Position numbers and translations under genes: made by a program. The notes below the pieces were generated by a model. That model searched no databases. It was not told the origin of the DNA and worked only from the letters and a program-made list of their open reading frames with translations. DNA of 64,000 nt from an archaeon (GTDB lineage Archaea; Micrarchaeota; Micrarchaeia; Anstonellales; Bilamarchaeaceae), in assembly GCA_020053355.1 (NCBI GenBank), contig JAGVNI010000007.1:5557-69556 (forward strand), given 5' to 3'. Of the stretch, positions 1 through 9,438 are shown piece after piece; within the stretch, counting starts at the first letter, position 1; every line of letters starts with the position of its first letter.

Positions 1-142
1 GGTCATCGCCGATTCTGGACAATGTAGCCAGGAGCGACTTGCCGTCGTCAGCGCCTACTAGGGGCTGGATTGCCCGGAAAGGCGGCACTTCGCGTCTCTT
101 CGACGCATCGTTGCGCTGATTTACGACGGCTAATTGCGCCAT
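1..142 (-). CDS. N-terminus of hypothetical protein running off the left edge
   Basis: Minus-strand ATG at 142 with GAGGTG SD (148-153) and an AT-rich TATA-like box near 173-182. The frame is open to position 1 (MAQLAVVNQRNDASKRREV...). Confidence 0.6.
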   Translation of the reverse strand, partial: MAQLAVVNQRNDASKRREVPPFRAIQPLVGADDGKSLLATLSRIGDD

Positions 143-212
143 TTTCCCACCTCAGTTATTACCCATCCCGCCTTAATATACTTTCTGCAGGCATGCTCTC
201 AAGTGGTCGTTC

Positions 213-1580
213 CTATAGCTTCGTGAATTTCGTGCCGCTTTCACCCGCAGATGCCGCGTTTTCGTCGAATGACGCAACGACAATGCCGTTCCTGCCAAGC
301 TCCTTGGCCTGATAAAGCGCAGCGTCCGCCATGCCCATGACGGCCTTCCTTATCCGCGTGGCCTTATCGGCAAGGTCATCCCATCCACTGCCTGCCGCCA
401 CCGCCGTCTCGGCAACTGAGAGTGATGCGATGCCCATGCTGATTGTGATGGTTATGATTTCGCCATTCGGCCCCTCGACCATCCGCGATGACACCGCGTC
501 CTTGCATCTCCTTGCCGCAATCGAGGCGCCGTCATTGCCAACGCCCGGCAGCAGGATGGCGAACTCCTCGCCGCCGTACCTGGCCATCTCCCTCCCGTTC
601 TGCACCCCGTCCTGGGGCGCGCTCGATATCCTTCCAAGGAGGTCCGAAGACCTCATCGTCGCGCTCGCAGTGGCAGCGCACATCGCGAGCACCGAATCGC
701 CCGTAGGGTGCCCGTACTTGTCGTTCACGCGCTTGAAGTGGTCGACATCGAGCATCACAATCGCGAGGTCGCTTCCGCCCCTTGCAAATTCCTCGCAGAA
801 GAACGAAAGCAGGTAATCGAACGCCCTCCTGTTATAAAGCCCGGTCAGGCCGTCGATTTCAGCCGCATACTTGAGTGAAAGAATTTTCGAGAAATCGAGC
901 GCGGCCGAGACGGCCGCCTCATGCCTGCTAATCAGGTTCCCGAATGTCAGGTCGCTGCCGACGACCTCGACCAGGCCGAAATGGTCATCCAGGGGGATGA
1001 CCAGCCGGGACGGCAGCAGGCCGCTCGGCCTCCGCTCCTCATCGATCCTTCCCCGGATGTCCCGGCGGTCGACGCTGTACAATCTTCCGCTCGTGAAATA
1101 CAATATCCGATTATCGCCGAGGGCGCCGCTTATGACCCCGTCCTGCCCGGGCTCGATTACCGCGGTCTCAGGCGCTAGGCGTATGGACTTGCCCTTGCGC
1201 TCCACGCAGATATGCCCCCGCAGGACCATGTCCCTGGCTGAGCGGAAAGTCCGAAGCCTTTCAGGGTCGACCATCGCCCCGTAATAATAGCGGTACGCCT
1301 CAGGCAGGCCGAGGGGGGTCTCGCCCGCAAGGAGCCGGATAAGGTTCTGTGTCACTTCCGCTTCCTTGAAAAGCGCGGCCCGGACCGTCCTTGCCGCCGT
1401 GCCAACTATTCCCTGCCTTCCCTCTTCCATGAGCTTTGTCAGCACCGCCGGCATCGGCCTGTTGCCGACCGCCTGCTTCATGGCCCGCAGAAGCGGCCTC
1501 GCTCCGAATGCGCCCTCCGGTGGCGGCGTTAGCGAGTCGGTTCTCCGTCTGTACTCCGGTTTGTTCCCCATAATCATCAC
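213..1580 (-). CDS. GGDEF-domain diguanylate cyclase with uncharacterised, possibly GAF-like N-terminal region (start may be ATG 1571)
   Basis: Motifs DGLTGLYNRRAF, MLDVDHFKRVNDKYGHPTGD, RYGGEEF, TISMGIA, ADAALYQAKELGRN. Confidence 0.93.
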   Translation of the reverse strand: MMIMGNKPEYRRRTDSLTPPPEGAFGARPLLRAMKQAVGNRPMPAVLTKLMEEGRQGIVGTAARTVRAALFKEAEVTQNLIRLLAGETPLGLPEAYRYYYGAMVDPERLRTFRSARDMVLRGHICVERKGKSIRLAPETAVIEPGQDGVISGALGDNRILYFTSGRLYSVDRRDIRGRIDEERRPSGLLPSRLVIPLDDHFGLVEVVGSDLTFGNLISRHEAAVSAALDFSKILSLKYAAEIDGLTGLYNRRAFDYLLSFFCEEFARGGSDLAIVMLDVDHFKRVNDKYGHPTGDSVLAMCAATASATMRSSDLLGRISSAPQDGVQNGREMARYGGEEFAILLPGVGNDGASIAARRCKDAVSSRMVEGPNGEIITITISMGIASLSVAETAVAAGSGWDDLADKATRIRKAVMGMADAALYQAKELGRNGIVVASFDENAASAGESGTKFTKL

Positions 1581-1687
1581 GATGATGCGGCGCTGAACCT
1601 GGGGGTTCAGATACCCTAGGGTGATGGATTAGCTCCCTTAAGAATAAATACGCTCCCACCTGCCGGGCGCGGGCATCCCGTCCTTAA

Positions 1688-2209
1688 TTATTTTTTACCC
1701 GCAGTTTCCGTTTTCCCTAAAAACGCCGGTGCAAGAAACTGGGCGACAAGAAGGGCGTTCGTCAAGATGGAAGGCAGGGACATATCCGTATTGATAATGG
1801 CATCGTACGTCACTACGCTGTCCAGGTACATGATGCCCAGGAAAGAGAGCAGCCACACCATGAATACTGTATTCAGCAATATCCGCACTGGCAAGAAACC
1901 GGGGGCTGGTATCTTGGTTCCAAGATAATGCGCCACCTCGTCAGCCTTGTTATACGTGGGGCCTGTCTTGAATCCTTTCGTGAAAGTGAGGATAAGGCTG
2001 GAAAACAGGAATGCGAAAACTACGGCAAGGTATTCCGCCGGTTCCATCCACCCCCCATCCAGGAAATTACGCGCCTGGACGAGCAGCATGCCGGAAATAA
2101 ATACCGAGAATATGGCGCCGTATCTGGCCCAGCCGTACCTATACCTGCCCATATACGAGATTATTATCTCATCGATGGCATCTCGCGCCTTTCCGCCGCT
2201 TTTACTCAT
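1688..2209 (-). CDS. hypothetical integral membrane protein (~4 TM)
   Basis: Several hydrophobic stretches; start overlaps the trpS 3' end. Confidence 0.7.
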   Translation of the reverse strand: MSKSGGKARDAIDEIIISYMGRYRYGWARYGAIFSVFISGMLLVQARNFLDGGWMEPAEYLAVVFAFLFSSLILTFTKGFKTGPTYNKADEVAHYLGTKIPAPGFLPVRILLNTVFMVWLLSFLGIMYLDSVVTYDAIINTDMSLPSILTNALLVAQFLAPAFLGKTETAGKK

Positions 2210-3350
2210 AAACCCGCTCCCACATCGAAGCCGCGAGCTTCCCGGTCTTCATGTACTTGTCGACGTCCCGCTCGGCAATCTTGCGCCTTTCGCGGTGCCC
2301 CTTCAGGAACGCGTTGATGCGCTCAATCAGGATGCCTTTCATCTCGCCGGTCAGCATCTTGCCCGCACGGTAGTCATCATGGATGGTTTTGAGTTTCGAG
2401 TCGTCGGGTTCGAAAAGGATGCTCAGCCATTGGAACGGCACGTCTATATCCGTGTTGCCGCCCAGTTTCCTGTGCTCCTCAAGCGTCGCCTGCCCGCCTG
2501 AAAACGCGTACTTGTTTATCTTGTTCTTCACCGTCTTCTCGTCATCGGTGAGGAGAATCGCCGTCTCGGCCCCAGCGCTCGAACTCATCTTGCCTGAGAT
2601 TCCCTGCAGCGGCGGGAGGAACTTGCAGTGGATGGCCGAAGTCTTGTAGTATCCAAGCCCTTCGGCGATGTCGCGCTGGATTCTCCAGTACGGGTCCTGG
2701 TCGATTGCGGCAGGAATCAGGCACCTTTTCTTCTCGAAGAACGTCGGGATGACCTGGTATGCCGGATAGAACTGCATGCCGATATTCGTCGAATCGTCGA
2801 ACCCGAATACCGCCTTCGCGGTCGAGCCGGTGATTTTCCTCGCGGTCTTCAGGAGCAGCGGGTAGACGTTCCGCACGTACTCGCTGTCCTTGAAGATGAA
2901 CGTGCGTTCGGGGTCGAATCCTACCGCGGCGATGTCGAGTATGTTGTCGTCCGCGTTTTTCTGGATGTCCGACCATTCGTAATCGCGCCTGTGGAGGAAC
3001 TTCTCATCGTCAGTAATCTCGATGTACAGATTGCACTTGAACCTGTCCTGGAGCCATTTGGTGAATATCAGCGGAACGAGATGCCCTATGTGCATGGCCT
3101 TGCTCGGGCCGCGGCCGGTGTAGAGGAAGAACCCCTTCCCCTTCTCGTAATCGTCGAGCACCGGGCCCAAATCCCTGTGCGAGAAGAAGAAGTCGCGCCG
3201 GAGCATGTGGTGCGGCTCGTCCCCGCCGGAAAGCCGTATCAGCTTCTCGCGCAGCGCCCTGTCCAGCCTGCTCGTTCCGAACTGCTTGATGAGCTTGTCA
3301 TAGTCGATTTCCCCGCTGACTTCCCATGGGGTGACCTTGTATTCGTCCAT
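2202..3350 (-). CDS. trpS: tryptophan--tRNA ligase (archaeal type)
   Basis: VTPWEV, LYTGRGPS, HIGH, AIDQDPY, KMSSS, YAFSGG motifs. Confidence 0.97.
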   Translation of the reverse strand: MDEYKVTPWEVSGEIDYDKLIKQFGTSRLDRALREKLIRLSGGDEPHHMLRRDFFFSHRDLGPVLDDYEKGKGFFLYTGRGPSKAMHIGHLVPLIFTKWLQDRFKCNLYIEITDDEKFLHRRDYEWSDIQKNADDNILDIAAVGFDPERTFIFKDSEYVRNVYPLLLKTARKITGSTAKAVFGFDDSTNIGMQFYPAYQVIPTFFEKKRCLIPAAIDQDPYWRIQRDIAEGLGYYKTSAIHCKFLPPLQGISGKMSSSAGAETAILLTDDEKTVKNKINKYAFSGGQATLEEHRKLGGNTDIDVPFQWLSILFEPDDSKLKTIHDDYRAGKMLTGEMKGILIERINAFLKGHRERRKIAERDVDKYMKTGKLAASMWERVYE

Positions 3351-3393
3351 AAGACCAGAACTCAGATAATTGATTAAATCCTGCGCATGGCCT

Positions 3394-3873
3394 CTAGTCA
3401 TCCGATATTTCCTCTTGGACGGCCGAGTTTCCGTCCTTGCCTATCGCTTCAAGGACCTTGTCCCTGCAATCCGGCGCTTCATAGGCGCCTCCCACCGCGA
3501 ATTCAAGGTTGGAGTTGAGGAAGACGATTAGCTTCGTACTGGCAAAGTCCGCCTTGGTTTGGTACGCCGGGCGGTAGTCTGACTTGCTGACCCCGTTGAT
3601 GTAGTAGTCCTGATGCATGTCCATGTCCATGGACGTGTGCGCGACGCCTACCTCGATTTCCGGTCCGATATGTTTTCTGCCATTGTTTTTCAGCTCCTCC
3701 AAAACCGTGTACCTGAAGCTGACTTTCCTAAATGGCGGGCAGCCGGACCCAGCCCCCCCTAAGGGCACCATCTCGATTTTTTCAAAAGGCGTTCGCTTCT
3801 CCACGACGAGGATGTAGCACGACTCCTGCACAAGCTCATCCAAACCAATCTCCACCGGGATATCCTGTGACAT
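3394..3873 (-). CDS. hypothetical protein
   Basis: 159-aa ORF co-oriented with its neighbours, globular-looking composition. Confidence 0.6.
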   Translation of the reverse strand: MSQDIPVEIGLDELVQESCYILVVEKRTPFEKIEMVPLGGAGSGCPPFRKVSFRYTVLEELKNNGRKHIGPEIEVGVAHTSMDMDMHQDYYINGVSKSDYRPAYQTKADFASTKLIVFLNSNLEFAVGGAYEAPDCRDKVLEAIGKDGNSAVQEEISDD

Positions 3874-3930
3874 GGCATATGCATATGCAGCATTGTTTTT
3901 CTTCCATTCGTTTGCGCCTGCCCCACGTTT

Positions 3931-4254
3931 TCAGCCAATGGCGAGGCCGATGACAAACGATGCCCAGTTGCACAGCACGCTCGCGAGGATTGCATCCTTC
4001 GGCCTGATGCCCCGGAATGCAACCGCATAGACGCCAGCCTCGGCAAAGGCGGCGAACACCTCTGCGGCTGCGGTCTGCGCTCCCCATCCCAGATGGAGGG
4101 CGGGGAACGCGAACCAGACGAACGGCAAGGTGAGCGAGCTGGCGATGATTGCGTTCCGTGCAATCAGCCCCGCCCCATATTCTTTGCGGAGAAGAAGGAA
4201 GAGCACGGCGGCCTCTATGGAAACCGTGAGCGCGTATGCCCCTGCGAAGTCCAA
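3931..4254 (-). CDS. small hypothetical membrane protein
   Basis: Hydrophobic 107-aa ORF; TTG start directly after the upstream stop. Confidence 0.65.
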   Translation of the reverse strand: MDFAGAYALTVSIEAAVLFLLLRKEYGAGLIARNAIIASSLTLPFVWFAFPALHLGWGAQTAAAEVFAAFAEAGVYAVAFRGIRPKDAILASVLCNWASFVIGLAIG

Positions 4255-4255
4255 G

Positions 4256-4762
4256 CTATCCCCTTTTCCAGAATCCGCAAGCGAGGATTGCAGGCAGCAG
4301 TATCATCGTAAGCGGGCAACTTCCGTCATCCGAAACGCTTCCTGACTTTAACTGCCCGGTCGAGGCCTCGATTTCGACATAATAAGTGTTCTTCCGTTCG
4401 CTGCCGCCAAACAGGGCGCTCAGGTCCTCGGTTCGCACCTCGCTGCCCCCATATTGGTAAGTGAAGTATCCGTCAGGGAAGCCGAAGCAGGGATTGAACT
4501 TGTAGTACCATTGCTGGTCGTTGGTGCAGGTCCCTCCGCTGCAGGAGAAATTGACCGGATATGGCGTTACCGCACCGCTTTCATTCCTCTCATCAGTGCC
4601 AAGGCAGTGGTATGTCAACTGCGTTATTGACGTCGCAAACTGCCCGCCTTCTGTCAGGTGCACAGTTACCTTCGGCGGCGCAGGTGACGGGCCCACATCC
4701 GCATGTGCAAGCGGGAGGACTAGCAAAGCCAGGAGCAGGATTGCGCGCATTATCGATGCCAT
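4256..4762 (-). CDS. secreted/cell-surface protein with signal peptide and C-terminal Cys + TM + basic tail (start 4762 or 4750)
   Basis: MRAILLLALLVLPLAHA signal; C-terminus GSCPLTMILLPAILACGFWKRG. Confidence 0.7.
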   Translation of the reverse strand: MASIMRAILLLALLVLPLAHADVGPSPAPPKVTVHLTEGGQFATSITQLTYHCLGTDERNESGAVTPYPVNFSCSGGTCTNDQQWYYKFNPCFGFPDGYFTYQYGGSEVRTEDLSALFGGSERKNTYYVEIEASTGQLKSGSVSDDGSCPLTMILLPAILACGFWKRG

Positions 4763-4864
4763 GGAAAATAGCTCGTCGGAACGGTTAATACTGCTTTCGT
4801 TTTGTTGCTGGGAGGCTGCTGCCGCGGCCATTGGCTGCGGCCAAGGATGCGCCGCCGCCTGGCT

Positions 4865-6835
4865 TCAGATGAAGTTGGTTATGTCGCGCCTCTTGAAGAC
4901 GATGAATGCCATCAGCACAGCAAGGAGCACGAAATACGAGAGGAGCGCCGCGATGTCCCCGGCCGGGTCGCCGTTCGTCACCAGCACGACCTTGAATATG
5001 CTGGTCACATGCGAAAGCGGCAGCAATTGCTGGAGAATCTGCGTGTACGCCGGGAGCAGGTCGGGCGAGAATATGATGTTGCCCAAAAACAGCATCGGGA
5101 TGGCGAGAAGGAGGCAGCTTTGGATGGCCGCGGACTCGCTCCTTGCATAGAACCCGACAAGCACCCCGATGGACGAGAGCACGAGCGAAGATATCGCAGT
5201 CCCCCAGAGCAGCATCAAGATGCTTTCAGGAGGCTTTACCCCGAAAAGCACCAGCGCGACGACAAGAATCAGCGCAATCTGCACAAAAGACATCAGCATC
5301 AGCGCGGCTATCTTGCCGATTACGATGTCCGTCAGCGCGCCGGGGGCGAGAAGCGCCCGGATTATCGTCTTGTGAGTCTTCTCGCGGACCAGGCTTATCG
5401 AGCCCAGGAGGAAGCATGAGAAGAGCAATGAGACCGCAATCACCTGCGGCATTATGAAATCCACGAAGCTGGACCGCTCGTACTGGTTCTCCACAGTGAC
5501 CGAAAGCGGCGATGCGATTGTGTCCGGGTCCTTGCCAGTCTGCTCCGCGACTGTCGCCTGGAGCGAGCCTATCAGCGCGTCAACCGATGCAGTCTGGGCG
5601 AGCGCATCGTCAAGGGTGCTGTCTATCTCCGATGTGGCCGACTTGATGTCGCCAAGCAGCCCCTTCAGCTTTGCGACCTCAATCCTCGCGGAGCCGAAAG
5701 ACGCGTTCAATTGGGTGAGTCTCTTGGAGACGTTGTCCAAGGCGGCGCCAAGCTGCGCGGTTTTCCCGGCATTCAACCTGGCTGTTTCGAGTTCCGACGA
5801 AAAGTCCGCAAGCGAATCCCCGAACGAATCCAGCGTCGCATTCAATGCCCGAAGTTCGGCCATCTCTTCCTTTGCGTCGATTATCTGGCCCTGCGTCATC
5901 GTCCGCAAGGACTGCAGGGAGCCTATATTGAGGTCGAGCGCGGCAATCACGACCGGGTCCGATGACCCGGCTTTAATTGCTTCCAGCCCCGCAATCGATG
6001 CGCTCAAGCTCGAAACGGTGCTGTTCATCTGCATCATCTGCGCGCCCAGCTTGTCGTGCGTGCTCTGCACGGTGTCTTCGGACTGGTTCAGCGCGTAGCT
6101 GGCGTTGAACAAGAAAGCATCGGTCTGGTCAAGAAGCTCATCGTTCCCCGCCGACACGTCCGCGAATTCCTCCTTCTGGGACTCCAGCTGAGCCTGGAGG
6201 GCCGCGATGTTCATCGACGCCGAATCCAGGGAAGTCGCCAGCGAATCGATTTCAATGCCGTCTATGCCCTGCCTTATCTGGGCTAGCGATGCCTTGGTCT
6301 GGTTCATATTGGTGCGCGTCTGCTCTATGCCCGATGCGAGGGAGGCGGTCGAGGCGTTCAGGTCCCGCAGCTCCCCCCAGGCGGAAGTCACGTAGCTTTT
6401 CGTGATGTCTGTCGACGACGCCTCAATCACTGAGGACATCGCGGCAAGGACTGACTGCTCGAGCGCCAAATCCGAGTTGTCCACGACCACGCGGACGCTC
6501 GAGCCGTTGCCCTTCCGGAGCGATTCCTCGAAATCCTGGGGCACGATGATGACGGCCCTCAGCCTGCCGTTCCGGAAAGCCGTCATCGCATCCTCCTCGC
6601 TTCCGAACTCCTGGAGCTTGAATGCCTGCGATTCGTTCAGCCCGGAAAAAAGCGGGCTGGAGCTGATGTTCTCAGGGCCGGCAAGGCCGATTGGAAGCCC
6701 GTTGATTTCCATCGAGCGGAACGATGTGCCCATGAAAAGCATGACAAAGACGGGGAAGGCGAGCAGCACCGCGAGCATCGTGCGGTCGTGCAACACTTCG
6801 AGCATCTCCTTCCGGATTGCGCTGAGGATTTTCAT
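4865..6835 (-). CDS. ABC-2 type exporter permease with long extracellular coiled coil (YhgE/Pip-like architecture)
   Basis: One N-terminal TM, ~350 aa heptad-rich region, C-terminal ABC-2 block (SLVREK...LPLSH). ATG overlaps the ATPase stop (ATGA). Confidence 0.85.
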   Translation of the reverse strand: MKILSAIRKEMLEVLHDRTMLAVLLAFPVFVMLFMGTSFRSMEINGLPIGLAGPENISSSPLFSGLNESQAFKLQEFGSEEDAMTAFRNGRLRAVIIVPQDFEESLRKGNGSSVRVVVDNSDLALEQSVLAAMSSVIEASSTDITKSYVTSAWGELRDLNASTASLASGIEQTRTNMNQTKASLAQIRQGIDGIEIDSLATSLDSASMNIAALQAQLESQKEEFADVSAGNDELLDQTDAFLFNASYALNQSEDTVQSTHDKLGAQMMQMNSTVSSLSASIAGLEAIKAGSSDPVVIAALDLNIGSLQSLRTMTQGQIIDAKEEMAELRALNATLDSFGDSLADFSSELETARLNAGKTAQLGAALDNVSKRLTQLNASFGSARIEVAKLKGLLGDIKSATSEIDSTLDDALAQTASVDALIGSLQATVAEQTGKDPDTIASPLSVTVENQYERSSFVDFIMPQVIAVSLLFSCFLLGSISLVREKTHKTIIRALLAPGALTDIVIGKIAALMLMSFVQIALILVVALVLFGVKPPESILMLLWGTAISSLVLSSIGVLVGFYARSESAAIQSCLLLAIPMLFLGNIIFSPDLLPAYTQILQQLLPLSHVTSIFKVVLVTNGDPAGDIAALLSYFVLLAVLMAFIVFKRRDITNFI

Positions 6836-7578
6836 TGGACCACCGGCTTCACGAGGTATGCAAATACATCCTCCATCTGCTTGAGCTTGTATTTTTTCTT
6901 CAGGTCCGCCGGAGTTCCGCTGTCCACGATGCGCCCGGCGAACATGATGGCGACGCGCCCGCAGAGGTGCTCGATCTCCTCCATATAATGCGACGTGATG
7001 ATTATTGTCTTCTTCGTCCTGTGCAATTCCTCTATGACGGCCCATATCTCCCGCCGGACAACCGGGTCGAGGCCGACAGTCGGCTCGTCGAGATACAGGA
7101 CTTTCGGGTCATGGACGAGCGAGCAGGCGATGTTCAGCCTCTTCTTCATGCCGCCGGAGAGCTTGGAAGCGAGCACCCCTCCCTTGTCAGAAAGCTTCAT
7201 CTGCGACAGCAGGCTTTTCACCCTCTCGCCGGCCACGCGTCCCGGCACCCCGAACTGCGACGCGAAGAACTCCAGGTTCTCGCGCACTGTCAGCGTCTCG
7301 TAGAAGGAATCCTCCTGGGTCACGAAGCCGATTTCCATCTTAAGTTTCGCAAGCTCCTTGATGTTCTTGCCGAGAATCATCACCGAGCCGGAAGATGGCG
7401 CAAGCAGCCCGGAGAGCATGTTGAAAGTGGTGGTCTTCCCGGAGCCGTTCGCGCCGAGAAGGCCGAAAACCTCGCCCTCCTCGACGGTGAAGGAAATCCT
7501 GTCCACTATTATCTTTTCGTTTATCACTTTCGCGAGTTCGCTGACGATGACTGCCGGAGGCATGACGATTTCTCTCAT
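6832..7578 (-). CDS. ABC transporter ATP-binding protein
   Basis: Walker A GANGSGKTT, signature LSGGM, Walker B LYLDEPT, H-loop TSHY. Confidence 0.96.
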   Translation of the reverse strand: MREIVMPPAVIVSELAKVINEKIIVDRISFTVEEGEVFGLLGANGSGKTTTFNMLSGLLAPSSGSVMILGKNIKELAKLKMEIGFVTQEDSFYETLTVRENLEFFASQFGVPGRVAGERVKSLLSQMKLSDKGGVLASKLSGGMKKRLNIACSLVHDPKVLYLDEPTVGLDPVVRREIWAVIEELHRTKKTIIITSHYMEEIEHLCGRVAIMFAGRIVDSGTPADLKKKYKLKQMEDVFAYLVKPVVQ

Positions 7579-7662
7579 CGGCTGTTTTTAACATCTTCGC
7601 AGGGGCAGGCTTTCCCGCGCATTCCGGGGGAATTTAAACATCCTTGGCCGACATATGGTGTT

Positions 7663-8511
7663 ATGCGCCGGGGGAACCTGACAAATCTCGAATCCTTCCT
7701 GTCAGATTTTGCAGGCGGGCTCACATCCGCATTCCCCGGGAAGGTGCATGTGATAGGCGTTGCAGGAAGCGCGGCCCGCGGCGATTTTCAGCCAGGGCAG
7801 AGCGACATCGACATGCTGATTGAAGTGAAAGACGCGCAGGATGTCGATGCGGTCGGCGATGCGGCGCAAGCGCTGTTCTGGCGGCTGGACGAATTGCACG
7901 GCCTAAAACTCCAAGAGGCTTACGCGAAAAAAGGCGGCGCATGCCCAAGCCTGCCGGCTGCCGGGTCCAGCCGCAAGCCCTTCATCATTCGGGCCCGCCA
8001 CTCTAAGAGAGCGGGCGGCGGGAAGCTCACGCCACTCCGGATTCCCTTCCTCTACCGCCTCTTCATGCTTGAACTGACGCGGAACTCCCTCCGCTCCGGC
8101 CGTTTGCTGTACAAAAGCCCCGAAGCGATGGCAGAAAAATCCCATTATCCAGGCGAGACCCTGCCGGAAAAATTGGCTACATACAGCTTCATCGTATCCC
8201 TGGCGATGCTCCCCATCTCAATCATCCAGCCTGACAAGGCTCTTAGGCGCTCAGCCCGTGCCGTCCTTTTCACATACGAGGACGAGCCGGATTTGTTCCG
8301 CAGCGTCCGCAATCCCTCGTCCCTTCCTTATGCGCCTGCCCCGCCCGCTATGCTCCGCTTCGGATTTGAAGCGCTCCATATCAAGAAACACGGGACAGAG
8401 CATTTCTCGTACCCGGGCAAGGTCGCATTCTGCCTCATCGCCCCGCTTGTGATATGGTATAAGAACCTGGCGACAGTCCTGGCGGAGGGCTCCTCTAAGA
8501 ACGGCAGATGA
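7663..8511 (+). CDS. Pol-beta superfamily nucleotidyltransferase domain protein
   Basis: GSAARGDF..SDIDML motif. TTTAAA at 7633-7638 supports ATG 7663; the longer ORF is antisense to the ABC ATPase. Confidence 0.8.
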   Translation: MRRGNLTNLESFLSDFAGGLTSAFPGKVHVIGVAGSAARGDFQPGQSDIDMLIEVKDAQDVDAVGDAAQALFWRLDELHGLKLQEAYAKKGGACPSLPAAGSSRKPFIIRARHSKRAGGGKLTPLRIPFLYRLFMLELTRNSLRSGRLLYKSPEAMAEKSHYPGETLPEKLATYSFIVSLAMLPISIIQPDKALRRSARAVLFTYEDEPDLFRSVRNPSSLPYAPAPPAMLRFGFEALHIKKHGTEHFSYPGKVAFCLIAPLVIWYKNLATVLAEGSSKNGR

Positions 8512-8558
8512 CGATATAAATCTTTCCAGCCCTATAATATACTGTCTGAGGTGGGAAG

Positions 8559-9437
8559 CTGAACGTAGATTATCGGTTTGCCGAGAACTCGATTAGCAAG
8601 GGTTCAAAGTCATTCTATTTCGCATCGAAATTCATGGGGCGTGAGCGGCGCAACGCCTACTACGCGATTTACGCATTCTGCAGGCACACCGACGACCTTA
8701 TTGACGATAACGAGGGCAACCCGCGGCTCCAGCGCATAATGATTCGGAACTGGAAAAAGCGCTTCCTCGAAGCCTACAAGACGGGCGGCTCTGAAGACCC
8801 GGTCCTCAACCCTTTCATCCATGTCATGAAGAAATACCGCATCCCGCTGCGCTATCCGCTCGAATTAATCCGCGGAGTGAGCATGGACATCTCGAAAAAG
8901 GAATATGGGACTTTCACCGAACTGCGCAGGTACTGTTTCCGTGTCGCTTCAGTTGTGGGCCTGATGCTCATGCGCACCCTTGGCATCGAGAACGCCAGGA
9001 AATCCAAGCACTGCGCAATCAGCCTCGGCATTGCGATGCAGCTTACCAACATCCTGCGCGATGTCGGCGAGGACGCCCGCATGGGGCGCGTGTATTTCCC
9101 CAAGGACGAATTGGCGCGGTTCGGGCTGACCATAGACGATATCCTGTCCCACCGCAAGACCGAGCGTCTCATGAGATTTTTAAAATTCCAGGTGGAACGC
9201 GCCCGCAGCTATTATCGGGAAGCGATGCAGAGCATCGCGACCATCCATTCGGAAGTGCGGATGGTGATTGCGCTCGCCTCGACGCTCTACCGGGAGATAC
9301 TCACTGTCATAGAGGAGAACGAATACGAGGTATTCGCAAAGCGCGCCTACGTGAACACCTATCGGAAGATGCTCCTGTACGCCCGACTTGTGCTATTCGG
9401 ATACCCCCAACCACAGCCTTGCCAGAGCGGCGCTTGA
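8559..9437 (+). CDS. crtB: phytoene/squalene synthase family protein (CrtB-like), probable CTG start
   Basis: DDLIDD and QLTNILRDVGED motifs, GRVYFP. The conserved SKSFYFAS segment lies upstream of the first ATG (8634); GAGGTG SD at 8548-8553 precedes an in-frame CTG at 8559. Confidence 0.85.
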   Translation: MNVDYRFAENSISKGSKSFYFASKFMGRERRNAYYAIYAFCRHTDDLIDDNEGNPRLQRIMIRNWKKRFLEAYKTGGSEDPVLNPFIHVMKKYRIPLRYPLELIRGVSMDISKKEYGTFTELRRYCFRVASVVGLMLMRTLGIENARKSKHCAISLGIAMQLTNILRDVGEDARMGRVYFPKDELARFGLTIDDILSHRKTERLMRFLKFQVERARSYYREAMQSIATIHSEVRMVIALASTLYREILTVIEENEYEVFAKRAYVNTYRKMLLYARLVLFGYPQPQPCQSGA

Positions 9438-9438
9438 C

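Noticed and set aside
6835..7662. N-terminal half of the 558-aa plus-strand ORF
   Set aside because: Antisense shadow of the ABC ATPase; the real nucleotidyltransferase starts at 7663 after a TATA box.
7663..8511. MNT-HEPN toxin-antitoxin pair
   Set aside because: No adjacent small HEPN gene was seen, and the protein is much longer than a minimal MNT.
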